Positions 62,452-64,000 of a DNA stretch of 64,000 bases are shown one piece after another (position 1 is the first letter of the stretch; each line of letters starts with the position of its first letter). This stretch comes from a virus. The DNA is taken from the IMG/VR virus record IMGVR_UViG_3300020394_000003, positions 64,001-128,000 of that record; one strand, given 5' to 3'. The notes under the pieces are model-generated. The model worked only from the letters and a program-made list of their open reading frames with translations, was not told the DNA's origin and made no database searches. The translations under genes were made by a program, and so were the position numbers.

Positions 62452-64000
62452 ATGTCTGTAAAGAAGTACAAATTCGTCTCCCCCGGTATTTTTATCAAGG
62501 AAGTCGATCAGTCATTTAGAACACCCGCAGCCCCACAGGTTGGGCCTGTAATTATTGGACGAACCCGAATGGGCCCCGCAATGCGCCCTGTCCGTGTCGA
62601 ATCGTTTGGAGATTTCGTCAAAACTTTCGGTAACCCAGTATCTGGATTTGCTGGTGGCGACCTATGGAGAGACGGAAACTTAGGTGGTCCGACCTATGCC
62701 GCATATGCAGCACAGGCCTACCTATCGGCACAAGTTGGCCCCGTAACAATGATGAGGCTACTAGGTGTTGAGCACGCTAACCAGTCTTCAAACGCTACCA
62801 AAGCCGGCTGGACCACTGATGCTACCCATAACGAGGACTACGCATCCAATGGTGGTGCTTATGGACTGTTCTTATTCAACTCTGGTTCCGGTGGAGACAG
62901 TGGGACAACTATCGGAGATGCAGGCGCAAACCCAGCGAAAGGTACTCTAGCTGCAGTTTGGTATCTCAACGAGGGAATGATTACCCTCAAGGGTGAAGGC
63001 CGCGAAAATAGAGATGGTACAATTACAGGCTCTGCAGGACTTCTTCGCACCAACTCATCAAACGTCGCAGATCACGAACTTCGTGCAGAAATTTACAACT
63101 CCTCTGGTGCCAAGGTCCATGAAACGAGCTTCAACTTTAACCGTTCATCCGACCTTTACATTCGTAAAGTGTTCAACACGAACCCGCAGAAGTTAAGTGG
63201 ATATGCTTATAGTGCCAGTGATCGCGAAACATATTTCCTAGGACAGACCTACGATCAAAGTGTCGCAACCACAATTACTGGCTCGTCAAACGCCCATAAC
63301 CTTGGAATGATCGCTGGCCTCAAGCTAGGCGGCGGCAGCACTGGTTATCACGACCAGAATTTTGCATATACTAACAGTAAGACCGGTTGGATCGTATCGC
63401 AAGATATGGGAACAGCTGCTAACTTTAGTGTTTCCGACAAGCAGAAGCTTTTCCGCCTTGTTGGTCTTGAAGGCGGAACCTCAGTTCAAAGAAGATTTAA
63501 GGTATCTATCGAAGATATTAAGGCTTCTTCAAATGAGGATGTTAACCCATACGGTACCTTCTCAGTTGTCCTTAGATCAATTAGCGATAGCGATAACAAT
63601 GTACAGGTCGTAGAAAGATATTCCGGCCTAAACCTCAACCCCCAGTCAGAAAATTACATCGCTAAACAAATTGGTGATTCCTTCATGACATGGGATGAGA
63701 CTGCTAGCCGATACCGCGAGTACGGTGATTTTGCTAACCGCTCAACCTATATTCGTGTTGAGATGTCTAGTGATGTCGAGAACGGTTCAACCGATCCAAG
63801 ATTACTACCATTCGGTGTAATCGGGCATCCTCGACCTATTAGTTTCCGACTTATCGGAGCAGATAGTAGCAATGGAGATACCCTTGCCCGCGCTGTGCTA
63901 GCAAGTGCAACAGCCTATTCTGGTTCTGTTCAGTCTGCAGCATATATTCTGGGACATAACAACATTCCACACTCCTTAGTCACTGGCTCAGGTCACGCAA
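62452..64000 (+). CDS. gp18: Tail sheath protein (T4 gp18-like), 3' truncated by the window edge; absent from the ORF track
   Basis: ATG 62452 after AAGGAG. It translates as MSVKKYKFVSPGIFIKEVDQS...VIIGRTRMGP...FVKTFGNP, the canonical sheath N-terminus, and appears open to the end of the window. Confidence 0.92.
   Translation, partial: MSVKKYKFVSPGIFIKEVDQSFRTPAAPQVGPVIIGRTRMGPAMRPVRVESFGDFVKTFGNPVSGFAGGDLWRDGNLGGPTYAAYAAQAYLSAQVGPVTMMRLLGVEHANQSSNATKAGWTTDATHNEDYASNGGAYGLFLFNSGSGGDSGTTIGDAGANPAKGTLAAVWYLNEGMITLKGEGRENRDGTITGSAGLLRTNSSNVADHELRAEIYNSSGAKVHETSFNFNRSSDLYIRKVFNTNPQKLSGYAYSASDRETYFLGQTYDQSVATTITGSSNAHNLGMIAGLKLGGGSTGYHDQNFAYTNSKTGWIVSQDMGTAANFSVSDKQKLFRLVGLEGGTSVQRRFKVSIEDIKASSNEDVNPYGTFSVVLRSISDSDNNVQVVERYSGLNLNPQSENYIAKQIGDSFMTWDETASRYREYGDFANRSTYIRVEMSSDVENGSTDPRLLPFGVIGHPRPISFRLIGADSSNGDTLARAVLASATAYSGSVQSAAYILGHNNIPHSLVTGSGHA

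Noticed and set aside
62765-63613. Small ORFs listed at the end of the window
   Set aside because: They lie inside the tail sheath gene starting at 62452, which the track missed because it has no stop in the window.
1-64000. CRISPR array, DGR template/variable repeats, introns/inteins, IS elements
   Set aside because: I saw no regularly spaced repeats, near-identical repeat pair, reverse transcriptase, intein motifs or transposase. Terminase, primase and capsid genes are uninterrupted. A by-eye scan could miss short or degenerate cases.

Overview
This 64-kb window is the virion morphogenesis region of a large T4-like (contractile-tail) bacteriophage. Essentially all genes are on the + strand and use the standard genetic code. 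Gene order: baseplate module (gp25-like, gp6-like, DNRLRE-like protein, a 4317-aa LamG/gp7-like protein, tail-collar-like proteins, with a J-domain gene inserted); an embedded island (degenerate cupin, RuvC, sigma70-type promoter, primase, fused Mre11-Rad50/SbcDC); an atypical holin/spanin-like cassette; terminase, portal, prohead protease and ribosomal protein bS21; an ~10-kb array of related fibre proteins inside the head module; scaffold, major capsid protein, neck proteins, tail terminator and the start of the tail sheath. I saw no tRNA, rRNA, CRISPR array or IS element. The main unexplained signals are: (1) a recurring 8-mer, ACTA(T/C/A)(T/A)TA, ahead of most late genes, a candidate phage late promoter; (2) strong enrichment of [ST]-G-S tripeptides in outward-facing virion proteins but not in enzymes, a candidate modification sequon; (3) a cysteine-motif cluster around the prohead protease that includes an unannotated 29-aa peptide and a hairpin; (4) structured RNA leaders ahead of two virion genes; (5) bS21 in a phage that uses strong Shine-Dalgarno sites. 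All product calls come from recognising motifs by eye; no database search was run.
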